NCBI RefSeq assembly: GCF_000007985.2
Contig: NC_002939.5
Span: 2,280,001-2,312,000, forward strand
Length of the DNA: 32,000 bases
Reading direction: 5' to 3'
Source of the DNA: Geobacter sulfurreducens PCA
GTDB lineage: Bacteria; Desulfobacterota; Desulfuromonadia; Geobacterales; Geobacteraceae
Made by a program: the position numbers and the translations under genes. The notes beneath the pieces are model-generated. The model had not been told where the DNA came from and searched no databases. It saw only the letters and a list, made by a program, of their open reading frames with translations. Shown here one piece after another: positions 7,710-18,765 of the stretch (position 1 is the first letter of the stretch; the number at the start of each line of letters is the position of its first letter).

Positions 7710-8526
7710 TGTTCCGGGGAATCAGCACGAGTACTTCCTCGAGCCGGGCAATATTGACGGCGGGGCGGATGTTGATGTTCTGAAAGATTCCGTACTCCCC
7801 CTTCTTTACCATGGTGACCTCACCGATAACCAGCCCTTTGGGGAAAATCCCTCCCATGCCGGAACTGACCACCACGTCGCCGACTTTCACATCCTCTTCC
7901 CGCAGGGAAAACTCGAGGCTGCAGAGTCCTCCCCCCTGCCCCTTGACCACCCCCCGAGCGCGGGAGCGCTGCACCACGGCGGCTATGCCGCTGGCATGGT
8001 CCGTGAGCAGCAGTACCCGGGAACTGCCCGCGGCAACCTTGACCAACTGGCCGACCACACCGCTGGCGGCAACCACCGGCATCCCTTCCGCGAGACCATC
8101 CACGGCGCCCCGGTTGATGACCAGCGTCTTGAACCAGGGAGAGTTGTCTTCTCCGATGACCTGGGCGGCCACCGAGGGGAGTCCGACCGTTCCCTTCAAG
8201 CCGAGAAGTTGCCGCAAGCGGCCGTTTTCATGAATTGCCTCGCGGTGTTCCATGATCCGGCCGTTCAGGATCTTGACCGACTCACGCAACTCCTTATTCT
8301 CGCGGCGCACATCGACTAGGTCAATGTAATCGCCCCAGACGCTTCCCATAAAGGTGCTGACCCGTGAGCCCAGATTGTAAACGGGTGCAAACAGGTCGAT
8401 GATCACCCGCTCGAACAGGTTGGCCTGCTCCTTCTGGCGCAGGTTCAGGGAGTAGAAGGTGAGTGCGGCCAGCAGGGCCACGGCCGCCACGATATAGACT
8501 CGATATTTTCTGATCAGCTCCAGCAT
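7702..8526 (-). CDS. mreC: Rod shape-determining protein MreC
   Basis: 274 aa with an N-terminal anchor (YIVAAVALLAALTFYSL), a coiled-coil-like stretch (RRENKELRESVKILNGRIMEHREA) and a beta-rich C-terminal half (GMPVVAASGVVGQLVKV ... VVSSGMGGIFPKGLVIGEV). This is typical of MreC. Confidence 0.88.
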   Translation of the reverse strand: MLELIRKYRVYIVAAVALLAALTFYSLNLRQKEQANLFERVIIDLFAPVYNLGSRVSTFMGSVWGDYIDLVDVRRENKELRESVKILNGRIMEHREAIHENGRLRQLLGLKGTVGLPSVAAQVIGEDNSPWFKTLVINRGAVDGLAEGMPVVAASGVVGQLVKVAAGSSRVLLLTDHASGIAAVVQRSRARGVVKGQGGGLCSLEFSLREEDVKVGDVVVSSGMGGIFPKGLVIGEVTMVKKGEYGIFQNINIRPAVNIARLEEVLVLIPRNND

Positions 8527-8629
8527 TCAATGCTCGCAGCGCACGTCAACTCCGTGACGGGTACAAACGCGCAAGGGAGGCAATGCCCCCCTGCGGTCAG
8601 CGTAAATCCGGCCTATTGTGTCGGAATGG

Positions 8630-9118
8630 TCAATCCAGGATGAAGGGGGACCCGGCCACGTCCTCGTGGCGGATCTCATCTACCGGTGAGGATTTTCCCT
8701 CTCCGGCATACAGCCTGTTGGGCGCGTTGAAGACAATGCCGTCAACACCGCCGACATTCTTGTAGGCATGGACGACGCCCGGCGGCACGATAACGGACAT
8801 TGGCGCGTCGATCCCCGCGAACAGGGTCTGCTTCACGCCGTGGGTCGGCGAGTCGGGCCGGGAGTCCCAGAGATAGACTTTGAAATTGGACGGACCGATA
8901 AAGCAAAACCAGTCGGTCTGGTCCACGTGCTCGTGAGGCCCCCGGGCAATGCCCGGCCGGGTCATGGAAACGTAGGCCATGACCGGCATGGTCGCGGGAT
9001 CGGTTTCGTCGCTGCGGAACAGTTCGGCGAGCCAGCCCCGCTCGTCCAGGAACTTGCCAAGGGGCTTCACCACCACGTCGTGGATCTTGCCGCGGGTGAA
9101 CTCGGGACTAACGCTCAT
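8630..9118 (-). CDS. rfbC: Cupin-type dTDP-4-dehydrorhamnose 3,5-epimerase-like protein (short form)
   Basis: ORF-track start 9148 trimmed to ATG at 9118, which has GGAGGTG 6 nt upstream. RmlC-like motifs are [12 protein letters not shown] and ARGPHEH...KVYLWDSR. It overlaps the rfbA stop by 11 nt. The assignment within the sugar epimerase/isomerase cupins is not certain. Confidence 0.65.
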   Translation of the reverse strand: MSVSPEFTRGKIHDVVVKPLGKFLDERGWLAELFRSDETDPATMPVMAYVSMTRPGIARGPHEHVDQTDWFCFIGPSNFKVYLWDSRPDSPTHGVKQTLFAGIDAPMSVIVPPGVVHAYKNVGGVDGIVFNAPNRLYAGEGKSSPVDEIRHEDVAGSPFILD

Positions 9119-10010
9119 GAACAACACCTCCGCACAGTTCGGTTTCATTGTAGATACGGGCCAGGTAGTCCCGGTAGGACGACTTGGGGGTCTCGGCGAT
9201 AACCTCGGCCATCCGGCGGCAGTCGATGAATCCCATACGCAGGGCGATCTCCTCCAGGCAGGCGATCTTCAACCCCTGGCGTGCCTCGAGGGTACCGATG
9301 AAATGTGATGCCTCCAGCAGGCTCTGGTGGGTTCCGGTATCGAGCCAGGCAATACCGCGCCCGAGTCTTTCCACCATGAGTTCGCCCCGCCGCAGGTAAT
9401 CAAGGTTCACGTCGGTAATCTCCAGCTCACCCCGGGGAGACGGCGCCAGGTTGCGGGCGACGTCCACAACCCTGCCGTCGTAGAGATAGAGGCCGGGGAC
9501 GGCATAGTTGCTTTTGGGCTGGGCAGGCTTCTCCTCGATGCCGATGGCCTTGCCGTTGCCGTCGAACTGGACGACGCCGTAGCGTTCGGGGTCGTTCACG
9601 TAGTACCCGAAGATCCAGGCTCCCGTCGTGAAATCCTGCACCAGACGGTCGAGCCCCATCTTGCCGTAAAAAATGTTGTCTCCCAGGATCAGGCAGACCG
9701 GGTCACCGGCGATGAACTCCTCGCCCACCAGGAACGCCTGGGCGATTCCCTTGGGTTCGGGCTGCACTTTGTAGGTAAGGGTTATCCCCCACCGGGAGCC
9801 GTCGCCCAGGAGCGCCTGGAAGCGGGGGGTATCGTGGGGGGTAGAAATGATCAGGATGTCCTTGATCCCCGCCATCATGAGCGTGGCAAGGGGATAGTAG
9901 ATCATCGGCTTGTCGTAGACCGGCTGGAGCTGCTTGCTGGCGACGAGCGTGAGAGGATACAGACGGCTGCCGGCTCCGCCGGCAAGTATGATTCCCTTGG
10001 AAATGGCCAT
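9108..10010 (-). CDS. rfbA: Glucose-1-phosphate thymidylyltransferase
   Basis: [41 protein letters not shown] is the canonical RmlA N-terminus and nucleotidyl-transferase loop. 300 aa. Confidence 0.92.
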   Translation of the reverse strand: MAISKGIILAGGAGSRLYPLTLVASKQLQPVYDKPMIYYPLATLMMAGIKDILIISTPHDTPRFQALLGDGSRWGITLTYKVQPEPKGIAQAFLVGEEFIAGDPVCLILGDNIFYGKMGLDRLVQDFTTGAWIFGYYVNDPERYGVVQFDGNGKAIGIEEKPAQPKSNYAVPGLYLYDGRVVDVARNLAPSPRGELEITDVNLDYLRRGELMVERLGRGIAWLDTGTHQSLLEASHFIGTLEARQGLKIACLEEIALRMGFIDCRRMAEVIAETPKSSYRDYLARIYNETELCGGVVHER

Positions 10011-10065
10011 GGACTCTCCTGAACTTCAGTGCCCTCGACACCGAAAACATCTCTTTAAATCAGTA

Positions 10066-10095
10066 GTTATAGCACAGCGGGCAAAACAGCGTCAA
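10066..10095 (-). promoter_or_regulatory. Candidate internal sigma70 promoter driving rfbA-rfbC (and possibly mreCD-mrdA-rodA)
   Basis: Minus-strand reading: TTGACG (10095-10090), 18-nt spacer, TATAAC (10071-10066). The -35 element overlaps the gmhB stop codon. It lies 56 nt upstream of the rfbA ATG, in the only sizeable gap (81 nt) of the sugar operon. Confidence 0.35.
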
Positions 10096-10667
10096 ACGCT
10101 ATCTCCCTCCAGCTCAATAACCCGGCGGGTGGCGGCAAGGATGTCGGCACAGACCAGGACCCCGGCGGGGACCCGGGGACACTCGTCATCACCGTACCCG
10201 GTGAGGACGAGCAGAGAGGTACAGCCCGCAGCCAACCCCGCTTCCACGTCGGACATCTTGTCGCCTATCAGGTACGAACGGGCCAGATCAATGTCCATGT
10301 CCCGAGCGGCGCCGGTAAGCATCCCCGGCAGGGGCTTGCGGCAGGAGCACTCGATGCGGTAGGGACCCACGCCGTGGTGGGGATGGTGGGGACAAAGGTA
10401 GTAGGCGTCGACGAAGGCACCATCCTTGGCCAGTTCGGCATCCATGAAGCGATGGAGCCGGTGCACCGCCTCCTCGTCGTAGTATCCGCGGGCAACCCCC
10501 GACTGGTTGGTCACCACCACCACGAGAAAACCGGCTCCGTTGAGGAGCCGGATCGCCTCGGGGGCTCCGGGGACGAACTCGAATTCATGGGCTTGGTGGA
10601 CATAGCCCTTTTCAACATTGATGGTGCCGTCACGGTCGAGAAAAACAGCGCGTCTGCCACCCGTCAC
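10092..10667 (-). CDS. gmhB: D-glycero-D-manno-heptose 1,7-bisphosphate phosphatase (HAD-IIIA)
   Basis: HAD motifs are FLDRDGTIN, VVVTNQSGVARG and GDKMSDVEAG. The GmhB-typical Zn-binding insertion CPHHP...CSCRKP is present. Confidence 0.85.
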   Translation of the reverse strand: MTGGRRAVFLDRDGTINVEKGYVHQAHEFEFVPGAPEAIRLLNGAGFLVVVVTNQSGVARGYYDEEAVHRLHRFMDAELAKDGAFVDAYYLCPHHPHHGVGPYRIECSCRKPLPGMLTGAARDMDIDLARSYLIGDKMSDVEAGLAAGCTSLLVLTGYGDDECPRVPAGVLVCADILAATRRVIELEGDSV

Positions 10668-10670
10668 CGG

Positions 10671-12143
10671 TCACTCCTCGCCGTAGGCCTTCAGAATCTT
10701 CTCGATGATGTTCGTCGTGGAGCGACCGTCCACGAAGGCCACCAGTTCCACCCGCCCTCCGTAGGATTCGACCACCTCGCGCCCCACTACCCCGTCGAGG
10801 GTGTAGTCGCCTCCCTTGACCAGCACCGCCGGTCTGAGGGTCTCGATCAGGTTGAGCGGAGTGTCTTCATCGAAAACGACCACGTAATCGATGCAATCCA
10901 GGGCAGCAAGGATGTGGGCCCGTTCCTCCTGGCCGATGAGCGGGCGCTTTTCACCCTTGAGCCGCCGGATGGAGGCATCGCTGTTGAGACCCAGGACCAG
11001 CAGGTCGCCGAAGCTGCGGGCCTTCTGGAGATATTTGACGTGCCCCACGTGCAGAAGGTCGAAACAGCCGTTGGTGAACACCACCCGCTTGCCCTGCGCC
11101 TTTTCCGCCGCGATGATGCCGGCGAGGACATCCAGGTTCTTGACCTTGGCGTCCCCCTCGCCGTGCTGGAATCCCAGCGATCCGACAATCTCGGCAGGAG
11201 ATACCGTGGACGTGCCCACCTTCCCCACCGCCACGCCGGCCGCCACATTGGCCAGCCGGGCCCCGTCGGCGAAACCGACCCCGCCGGCCAGGGCCATGCC
11301 GAGCACGGCCAGCACGGTATCGCCGGCGCCGGTCACGTCGAATACCTCGCGGGCATAGGTGGGAATATGCACCACCTGGCCGCCCCGCAGGAAGAGCGAC
11401 ATCCCCTCCTCGCTCCGGGTGATGACCAGAGCGGTCAGATCGGCCGTCTCCAGCAGCCGCTCGCCGGCCCGGCAGAGGCTCTCATCGTCGCGGATGGCGA
11501 TGCCGGAGGCCGCTTCCGCCTCCTTCCGGTTGGGGGTCAAAACCGTGGCACCCCGGTATTTCGCGTAGTCGCTCCCCTTTGGATCAACCACGACGGGGAT
11601 TTCGCGCTTGCGGGCAAAAGCGATCACCTCGGCCAGGAGCGTCGGGGTCAGGACCCCCTTCAGATAGTCCGACACGAGGATCACGTTGAAGCGGTCGCCG
11701 TGGGCGTTCAGGTAGTCGACGATGCGCCGCTCGTTGTCCGGGCCGATCTCGTCCCGGGATTCCCGGTCAATCCGGACGATCTGCTGGTTTGAGGCGAGGA
11801 CGCGGGTCTTTCGGCTGGTAGTGCGCGACGGGTCCTCCACGATGCCGGTCACGTCGATCCCCTTGCCGGAAAAGGCATGGAGGAGAATGGTGCCGTTCTC
11901 GTCCCCCCCCACCACGCTCGCCACGCTCACCCGGCAGCCGAGGGCCACCAGGTTGTTGGCCACGTTGCCGGCGCCGCCGATCCGGATCTCCTCCCGGGTC
12001 ACGTCCACCACCTGAACCGGCGCCTCCGGGGAAATCCGCTCGGCCTTGCCCCACAGGTACTGGTCGAGCATCAGGTCGCCGATCACCAGGGCGTTGATCG
12101 CCCCGGCATGGGCAAAAAGAGATTCGACGTTCTTGCGCTCCAT
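10671..12143 (-). CDS. hldE: Bifunctional D-beta-D-heptose 7-phosphate kinase / D-beta-D-heptose 1-phosphate adenylyltransferase
   Basis: 490 aa. The N-terminal half is a PfkB-type kinase (GGAGNVANNL, DVTGAGDTV). The C-terminal half is cytidylyltransferase-like (VFTNGCFDLLHVGHVKYL). Confidence 0.92.
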   Translation of the reverse strand: MERKNVESLFAHAGAINALVIGDLMLDQYLWGKAERISPEAPVQVVDVTREEIRIGGAGNVANNLVALGCRVSVASVVGGDENGTILLHAFSGKGIDVTGIVEDPSRTTSRKTRVLASNQQIVRIDRESRDEIGPDNERRIVDYLNAHGDRFNVILVSDYLKGVLTPTLLAEVIAFARKREIPVVVDPKGSDYAKYRGATVLTPNRKEAEAASGIAIRDDESLCRAGERLLETADLTALVITRSEEGMSLFLRGGQVVHIPTYAREVFDVTGAGDTVLAVLGMALAGGVGFADGARLANVAAGVAVGKVGTSTVSPAEIVGSLGFQHGEGDAKVKNLDVLAGIIAAEKAQGKRVVFTNGCFDLLHVGHVKYLQKARSFGDLLVLGLNSDASIRRLKGEKRPLIGQEERAHILAALDCIDYVVVFDEDTPLNLIETLRPAVLVKGGDYTLDGVVGREVVESYGGRVELVAFVDGRSTTNIIEKILKAYGEE

Positions 12144-12150
12144 GGCTCCC

Positions 12151-13101
12151 CTACCCCCGTATCCGGTCCAGGATGCCCGCCGCCAGAAGCGGGATCATGA
12201 TCTCGTGGTGGCCGGTGATGGTGTATCCCCGTCCCTTGCCCGACGTGGGACGCTTCACCACGTTCTGCAGGGGCCGGTAATGCTGCTGCATATCGAAATT
12301 GGCGGTTGAGAAGTGATCCACGTGGTGCCCCAGATTCTGGGCGATGGAAAGGGCCTTGAGGAATACCTCGGGCAGGAGCACCGCGCTTCCCACGTTCAGA
12401 TAGACGCCGCCGTCGCCCAGGTCGGCCACCACGGAGGTAAGCAGCCGGAAGTCCCTGAAGGTGGCCTCGCCGATGACCGCGCCGTCCGCCTCGGGGTGCT
12501 GGTGGATGATGTCGGTGCCGACCGCCACGTGGACCGTCACCGGGATATCGTGCTCCACGCAGGTGGCCAGGAGGCTCGACGCGCGGTGGGGATTATTGTT
12601 CTCGACAATGAACCGTCCCACGGACTCGCCATAGCCCAGGCCCCGGGCGACACCCTCCCTGAGGGCCCGGTTGATGTGGCTACCGGTCTCCTCCGCCATG
12701 CCGAAGGTACCGCAGTGGAGAACCGCCCCCACATCCTCGCTCGTCTCGCCAATGAGCGACAACTCGTAGTCATGGATGGACCCGGCGCCGTTCAGGGCAA
12801 CCGCCGTGACGACATCGGCCTCCACCAGTGCCTTCAGGACCGGCTGAAGACCGCACTTGATGACGTGGGCCCCCATGGCCAGGATAACCGGCTTCCCCTT
12901 TTCTCGGGCGGAGACCACGGCGCCGATGACTCCCGTGAGGGCCTCTGCGCCCAACTGGTTCGGCAGGGACCGGAGCAGATCCGCAACGCTCATCCCCGAC
13001 GTGACCGATCCGGCAAAATCGCGCCGGATGCTCACCTTGTTCTTCCGTTCGGCAAGGGGATAGGTGGTGACTCCGGAAAGGTCCACGGGACGGTATTTCA
13101 T
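12151..13101 (-). CDS. Conserved-looking protein of unknown function, deoxyhypusine-synthase-like segment order (putative NAD-binding Rossmann enzyme)
   Basis: 316-aa ORF. Its start overlaps the gmhA stop (ATGA at 13101-13098), and its stop lies 7 nt before the hldE ATG. Segments [59 protein letters not shown] and [12 protein letters not shown] parallel my recollection of deoxyhypusine synthase. Confidence refers to it being a real CDS; the product is unknown. Confidence 0.85.
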   Translation of the reverse strand: MKYRPVDLSGVTTYPLAERKNKVSIRRDFAGSVTSGMSVADLLRSLPNQLGAEALTGVIGAVVSAREKGKPVILAMGAHVIKCGLQPVLKALVEADVVTAVALNGAGSIHDYELSLIGETSEDVGAVLHCGTFGMAEETGSHINRALREGVARGLGYGESVGRFIVENNNPHRASSLLATCVEHDIPVTVHVAVGTDIIHQHPEADGAVIGEATFRDFRLLTSVVADLGDGGVYLNVGSAVLLPEVFLKALSIAQNLGHHVDHFSTANFDMQQHYRPLQNVVKRPTSGKGRGYTITGHHEIMIPLLAAGILDRIRG

Positions 13102-13667
13102 GGGAACAGCCTCTTTTCGACCAAGTCGCAGACGATGTGAATAATGGTTATGTGCCCCTCCTGGATGCGGGGGGTATCGGCACTCGGCACGGTGAGATCC
13201 AGGTCCACGATATCGCGGATGGAACCACCGTCCCGGCCCAGGAGTCCGATGGTACGACAGCCGCGCTCACGGGCCAGGAGCAGGGCTTCCTGAACGTTGC
13301 GGGAGTTGCCGCTGGTGGAAATACCCACCACCACATCCCCTTCGTCGGCCAGGGCTTCCACCTGGCGGCGGAATATGGCGTCGAACCCATAGTCGTTGCC
13401 GATGGCGGTGAGAATGGAGGTATCGGTGGTAAGCGCCACGGCCGGCAGTCCCCGGCGCTCGAGCTTGAAGCGCCCGACGATCTCCGCCGCGAAATGCTGG
13501 GCATCGGCAGCCGAGCCGCCGTTCCCCATGACGAGGAGCTTGCGCCCCCCTGCCAGAGAATCGGCAAGGAGCTCCGCGAACGATGCGATGCGGCCTGCCA
13601 GTTCCCGTTCGAGCGCCTCCAGGACCTGTCGGCCGGCGCGCAGTTGTGCCGTAATGTCGTCTATCAC
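13098..13667 (-). CDS. gmhA: Phosphoheptose (sedoheptulose-7-phosphate) isomerase
   Basis: SIS-domain motifs are [17 protein letters not shown] and [11 protein letters not shown]. The GTG start at 13667 has a strong AAGGAGGTG 5 nt upstream and overlaps the upstream GT2 stop (GTGA). Confidence 0.9.
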   Translation of the reverse strand: MIDDITAQLRAGRQVLEALERELAGRIASFAELLADSLAGGRKLLVMGNGGSAADAQHFAAEIVGRFKLERRGLPAVALTTDTSILTAIGNDYGFDAIFRRQVEALADEGDVVVGISTSGNSRNVQEALLLARERGCRTIGLLGRDGGSIRDIVDLDLTVPSADTPRIQEGHITIIHIVCDLVEKRLFP

Positions 13668-14818
13668 TGGGCCACCTCCTTCCGCTCATCCCCCTGGCGG
13701 GTTCCGTCGGAAATTGCTACTGTAACGCAATCGGCCGGGGCTGTCACCGGATTTTGCTCCCCTTCGCGCCGGTAGAGCTCCTCTTCCCGGGCATCGACCT
13801 CCCCCTCGAGCCACGCGAATGGACGAAAGAACATTTCCCCGGGCAGATCAATGCCGTCGATCCCTGCCACCCAGACGAGGTCGTTCTCCTCGGCCGCACA
13901 GCGGTCCGCGATCCTGCGGAGGGCGGAGGGGGCGAAAAAGCGCGGCAGTTCCTCCACGACGATGCTGCGGTGCAGGGAACCGAGCCCTGCGGCAGAAACC
14001 GCCCGCCTGAGTTTACAACCGATCGCCACGGTGAAGCGATGGCCCATGCGGGCCGCTCGCAGCAGCACGCCGAATCGGGCGCGCACGACCTCCGGGTCCG
14101 CCTCGGCAGGGAAATAGACGAGGAACGAAGCCTCGCGGCCCCAACGGGCATCCACCGTTGCCACGCTGGCACTGACCAGCTCCCGGCGGCGCGTGGGCGA
14201 GCCGAGCAGCACCTCATCCCGAAAGGCCACCGGCACGCCTTCGGCTGCCAGGGTCAGGCACCCTCCGGCCAGGGCCCGGCGGGAGTAGTCCCTGAGACAC
14301 AAGAGATCGCCGTCCAGTTCTTCGTCAAAGCCGCCCATGCGCTCGAACAGGGAACGACGGATCAGCATCGCCGCAAAGGAGCCGTGGGAGACCTCGGTTA
14401 CCGTCACATCAGGCTTCCCCCTGCCGCGGCGCGACGTGGCGGCATCCAACACCAGAAGGGGAACTGCGAGACCAATCTCGGACCGTGCCCTCGCCAGTTC
14501 CACCAGTGGCTCGAGCCAGCCGGGCGCCACAACTGTGGTATTACGCACGATCACGACGAAGGGGGCTTCGGCCCGGGACAGGCCACGGTTCACCGCCGGA
14601 ACAAAGCCGCTGGTGATATCGTTCCTCAGGAGCAGGGCCCGCTCGCCGAGCCGCTCGGCGAACTCTTCGAGGAGTCGTTCGGTTTCCCGGTCGCTGCCAT
14701 TGTCGATGAGGATGAGGCGAGCTTCCTGAGTGGACTCCACGAGTGACACGAGACAGTTGCGTGTCTCAACGGGACGGTTCCAGACGGGAACGAGTATGTC
14801 GACGGAGAAGGATGCCAT
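13664..14818 (-). CDS. Family-2 glycosyltransferase with an uncharacterised ~200-aa C-terminal extension
   Basis: [26 protein letters not shown]...LILIDNGSD is a GT-A/GT2 N-terminus with a DxD-like FDEELDGD. The start is uncertain: ATG at 14818 is preferred on family grounds, the ORF-track ATG at 14869 is possible, and neither has a clear SD. Confidence 0.72.
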   Translation of the reverse strand: MASFSVDILVPVWNRPVETRNCLVSLVESTQEARLILIDNGSDRETERLLEEFAERLGERALLLRNDITSGFVPAVNRGLSRAEAPFVVIVRNTTVVAPGWLEPLVELARARSEIGLAVPLLVLDAATSRRGRGKPDVTVTEVSHGSFAAMLIRRSLFERMGGFDEELDGDLLCLRDYSRRALAGGCLTLAAEGVPVAFRDEVLLGSPTRRRELVSASVATVDARWGREASFLVYFPAEADPEVVRARFGVLLRAARMGHRFTVAIGCKLRRAVSAAGLGSLHRSIVVEELPRFFAPSALRRIADRCAAEENDLVWVAGIDGIDLPGEMFFRPFAWLEGEVDAREEELYRREGEQNPVTAPADCVTVAISDGTRQGDERKEVAQ

Positions 14819-14925
14819 CGGAATGCTGCCGTGTGACTGGATAGAGGGGATGACGGCACGGCCGCACATCGGGTGAGGTGCGGCCGTGCAAACAATGTGT
14901 ATGCGTCCGGGGGGACGGCGTCCGG

Positions 14926-15984
<1,059 letters not shown>

Positions 15985-16172
15985 TCACGCATGCAAAGGG
16001 GGAATGACGTTTTTGAAGCGCTGAATCGTAGCAGAAACCCATCCAGCGTGCAAGGGGGAAAAGCGCCGGATAGTGTAATCATGTTGCGTTCCCATAGGTA
16101 CTTATAGTAGTATTCGGACCCGTCGTTTCCACGGCGCATCCGAATCCATCCGGCACAAAGGAGTCCCCGCCA

Positions 16173-17756
16173 ATGCTCGGCATCATGAGGAAGTACAAGC
16201 AGTCCCCCGTCATCAAGGTGGTCTTCGGCGTCATCGTTCTCTCCTTCATCGGAACCATCTTCCTGGTCTGGGGCAAGGGAGAAGGCAAGCTGACTCCTTC
16301 CAGCTACGCCGTCAAGGTCGACAGGACCAAAATCAGCTACGAGGAATTTCAGCGGACCTACTACCGGCTGCGCGACATTTATGTCCAGCTCTACGGTCCC
16401 GCCCTCACCCCCGACCTGGAAAAACAGCTCAACGTCAAGAAGCAGGCCCTCGACACCCTCGTCGAAGGTGCGCTCGTTCGCAACGCCGCCCGGGATATGG
16501 GAATCAAGGTCAGCAAGGATGATGTTCAGCAGGCCATCGCCGCCATGCCCTCGTTCCAGGTGAACGGAGCCTTCAGCTTCAACCAGTACGTACAGGTCCT
16601 CAAAGCCAACAGGATTGCGCCCAAGGAGTTCGAAGAGGGGCAGAAGGATGAGCTGATGATCAAGAAGGCCCAGGACCAGATCAAATCCCGGGCCACGGTG
16701 AGCGACGACGAGGCGCGCGAGCTTTTCCGCAAGCGCAACGACCGGCTCGCGATTTCCTATGTATCCTACTCCCCCGACGACGTGAAGGCGGAGATCAAGC
16801 TCACCGACCAGGAGCTTACCGACTTTCTCGCCAAGAACCAGAACGACTTCAAGACCCCCGAGAAGATCAGCATCACCTACGTGATGGTCGATCCCCTGAA
16901 GGTGGGTGGCCTTGAGGTGAGTGAGGCCGATATCCAGGCCTGGTACCAGAAGAACATCGACCGCTACCAGGGACCTGCAGGCATCCTTCCGCTGGCCGAG
17001 GTCAAGGAGAAGGTCCGGGAGGACGCCCGGCGCTTCAAGGCCGGTCAGCACGCTTACGAACTGGCCGCCGCCGCTATCAACAAGAACAAGGCAACCGGCG
17101 ACATCGGCGCCGTGGCCCGGGCCCTGGGCGCCAAGACGGAAGAGACCGCCCTGTTCACGGCCCAGCAGCCCGCACCCGCCCTGGCCGGCGAAACAGAGCT
17201 GATCCGCCGGGCCTTCATCCTCAAGGAGGGCGAACTGGGTGGCCCTGTGGAAACGAAAAAGGGAATCTACCTGATCAAGATCAAGGAGCGCAAACCCGCC
17301 GAAGTGCCGCCGCTGGCCCAGATTCGCGCCCAGGTCGAAGAGAAGGCCAAGACAGCGAAGGCAGTGGATCTGGCGAAGAAGAAAGCCGAAGAGGCCCAGG
17401 CAAAGCTGGCCAAAGGCGATTCGACCGGCCTCACGCTCCGGGATTCCGGCCCCTTCGCCTTCGACGCCAAGGGGAACATCCCCACGGTGGGCGCCTCGCC
17501 GGAGCTCATGGAAGCAGCCTTCAAACTCACCACCGCGGCGCCGGCACCCAAGGAGCCGATCCGGGTAGGCGCCCGCTGGATTGCCTTCCGCCTCAAGGAA
17601 CGCACCGAGCTGAACGCCGCCAACTTTGCGGCGCAAAAGGAAAAGATCAAGCAGGAGATCCTGCCGCGCAAGCAGGACGACGAATATCGCAAATGGATCG
17701 AAGAGCTTCGGAGCAAGGCGAAGATCGAGATCAACCCCGCCCTCAAGGACATTTGA
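16173..17756 (+). CDS. ppiD: PpiD-like periplasmic chaperone / parvulin-type peptidyl-prolyl isomerase
   Basis: MLGIMRKYKQSPVIKVVFGVIVLSFIGTIFLVW is a PpiD-type N-terminal anchor. A long SurA-like helical region follows, with a parvulin-like C-terminal signature (GELGGPVETKKGIYLIKIKE). GGAG lies 8 nt upstream of the ATG. Confidence 0.8.
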   Translation: MLGIMRKYKQSPVIKVVFGVIVLSFIGTIFLVWGKGEGKLTPSSYAVKVDRTKISYEEFQRTYYRLRDIYVQLYGPALTPDLEKQLNVKKQALDTLVEGALVRNAARDMGIKVSKDDVQQAIAAMPSFQVNGAFSFNQYVQVLKANRIAPKEFEEGQKDELMIKKAQDQIKSRATVSDDEARELFRKRNDRLAISYVSYSPDDVKAEIKLTDQELTDFLAKNQNDFKTPEKISITYVMVDPLKVGGLEVSEADIQAWYQKNIDRYQGPAGILPLAEVKEKVREDARRFKAGQHAYELAAAAINKNKATGDIGAVARALGAKTEETALFTAQQPAPALAGETELIRRAFILKEGELGGPVETKKGIYLIKIKERKPAEVPPLAQIRAQVEEKAKTAKAVDLAKKKAEEAQAKLAKGDSTGLTLRDSGPFAFDAKGNIPTVGASPELMEAAFKLTTAAPAPKEPIRVGARWIAFRLKERTELNAANFAAQKEKIKQEILPRKQDDEYRKWIEELRSKAKIEINPALKDI

Positions 17757-17781
17757 CCATTAACAAGAGGAGATTCAAGCC

Positions 17782-18672
17782 ATGGCAGAACTGGTGCTCA
17801 AGACCGATTTCCCCGACCTGAAACTTGCCGGCCGCGGCAAGGTACGCGACATTTACGATCTGGGCGACGCGCTGCTCATCGTCACCACCGACCGGATCTC
17901 GGCCTTCGACGTCATCATGAACGAGGCGATTCCCGACAAGGGGTACGTCCTCACCCAGATATCCTCTTTCTGGTTCCGCCAGATGGAGGACATCATCCCC
18001 AACCACATCATCTCCACCGACGTGAAGGACTTCCCGGCCGAGTGCCAGAAGTATGCGGCCCAGCTCGAAGGCCGTTCCATGCTGGTCAAGAAGGCCAAGC
18101 CCCTGCCGGTGGAATGCATCGTGCGCGGCTACATCTCCGGCTCCGGCTGGAAGGACTACAAGGCCACCGGCGCCATCTGCGGCATCACGCTCCCGGCCGG
18201 CCTCGTGGAATCCGACAAGCTGGAGGAGCCCATCTTCACCCCCTCCACCAAGGCGGAACTGGGTGAGCATGACGAGAACATCTCCTTCGACAAGTGCGTG
18301 GAGCTGATCGGGCGTGAACTGGCCGAAAAGATCCGCGACGTCACCATCGCCATCTACAAGCGGGCCCGGGACATCGCCGACACCAAAGGAATCATCATCG
18401 CCGACACCAAGTTCGAGTACGGCATCTACAACGGCGAACTGATCATCATCGACGAGTGCATGACCCCGGACTCCTCGCGCTTCTGGCCCAAGGACAGCTA
18501 CAAGCCGGGCGGCGCCCAGCCCTCCTTTGACAAGCAGTTCCTGCGGGACTACCTGGAGACCCTCGACTGGGGCAAAACCGCGCCGGCGCCGCCCCTGCCC
18601 GAGGAAATCGTCCGCAAGACCGGCGAGAAGTACATGGAAGCCCTGGTCCGTCTCACCGGAAAAGGCAAGTAA
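17782..18672 (+). CDS. purC: Phosphoribosylaminoimidazole-succinocarboxamide (SAICAR) synthase
   Basis: 296 aa. [18 protein letters not shown] and [10 protein letters not shown] are diagnostic PurC motifs. AGAGGAG lies upstream. Confidence 0.93.
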   Translation: MAELVLKTDFPDLKLAGRGKVRDIYDLGDALLIVTTDRISAFDVIMNEAIPDKGYVLTQISSFWFRQMEDIIPNHIISTDVKDFPAECQKYAAQLEGRSMLVKKAKPLPVECIVRGYISGSGWKDYKATGAICGITLPAGLVESDKLEEPIFTPSTKAELGEHDENISFDKCVELIGRELAEKIRDVTIAIYKRARDIADTKGIIIADTKFEYGIYNGELIIIDECMTPDSSRFWPKDSYKPGGAQPSFDKQFLRDYLETLDWGKTAPAPPLPEEIVRKTGEKYMEALVRLTGKGK

Positions 18673-18694
18673 CCCGTCCTCTTCCACCAGATCA

Positions 18695-18737
18695 AAAGCA
18701 CGAAACCCCGGCCGCTACGGTCGGGGTTTCGTGCTTT
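18695..18737. terminator. Bidirectional intrinsic terminator between convergent purC and yaeQ
   Basis: Perfect 16-bp stem AAAGCACGAAACCCCG / CGGGGTTTCGTGCTTT with an 11-nt loop. The A/T runs at the stem ends give U-tracts on both strands. Confidence 0.7.
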
Positions 18738-18765
18738 CCGGCTCGGGATGTAAGGGGACGAAGAG

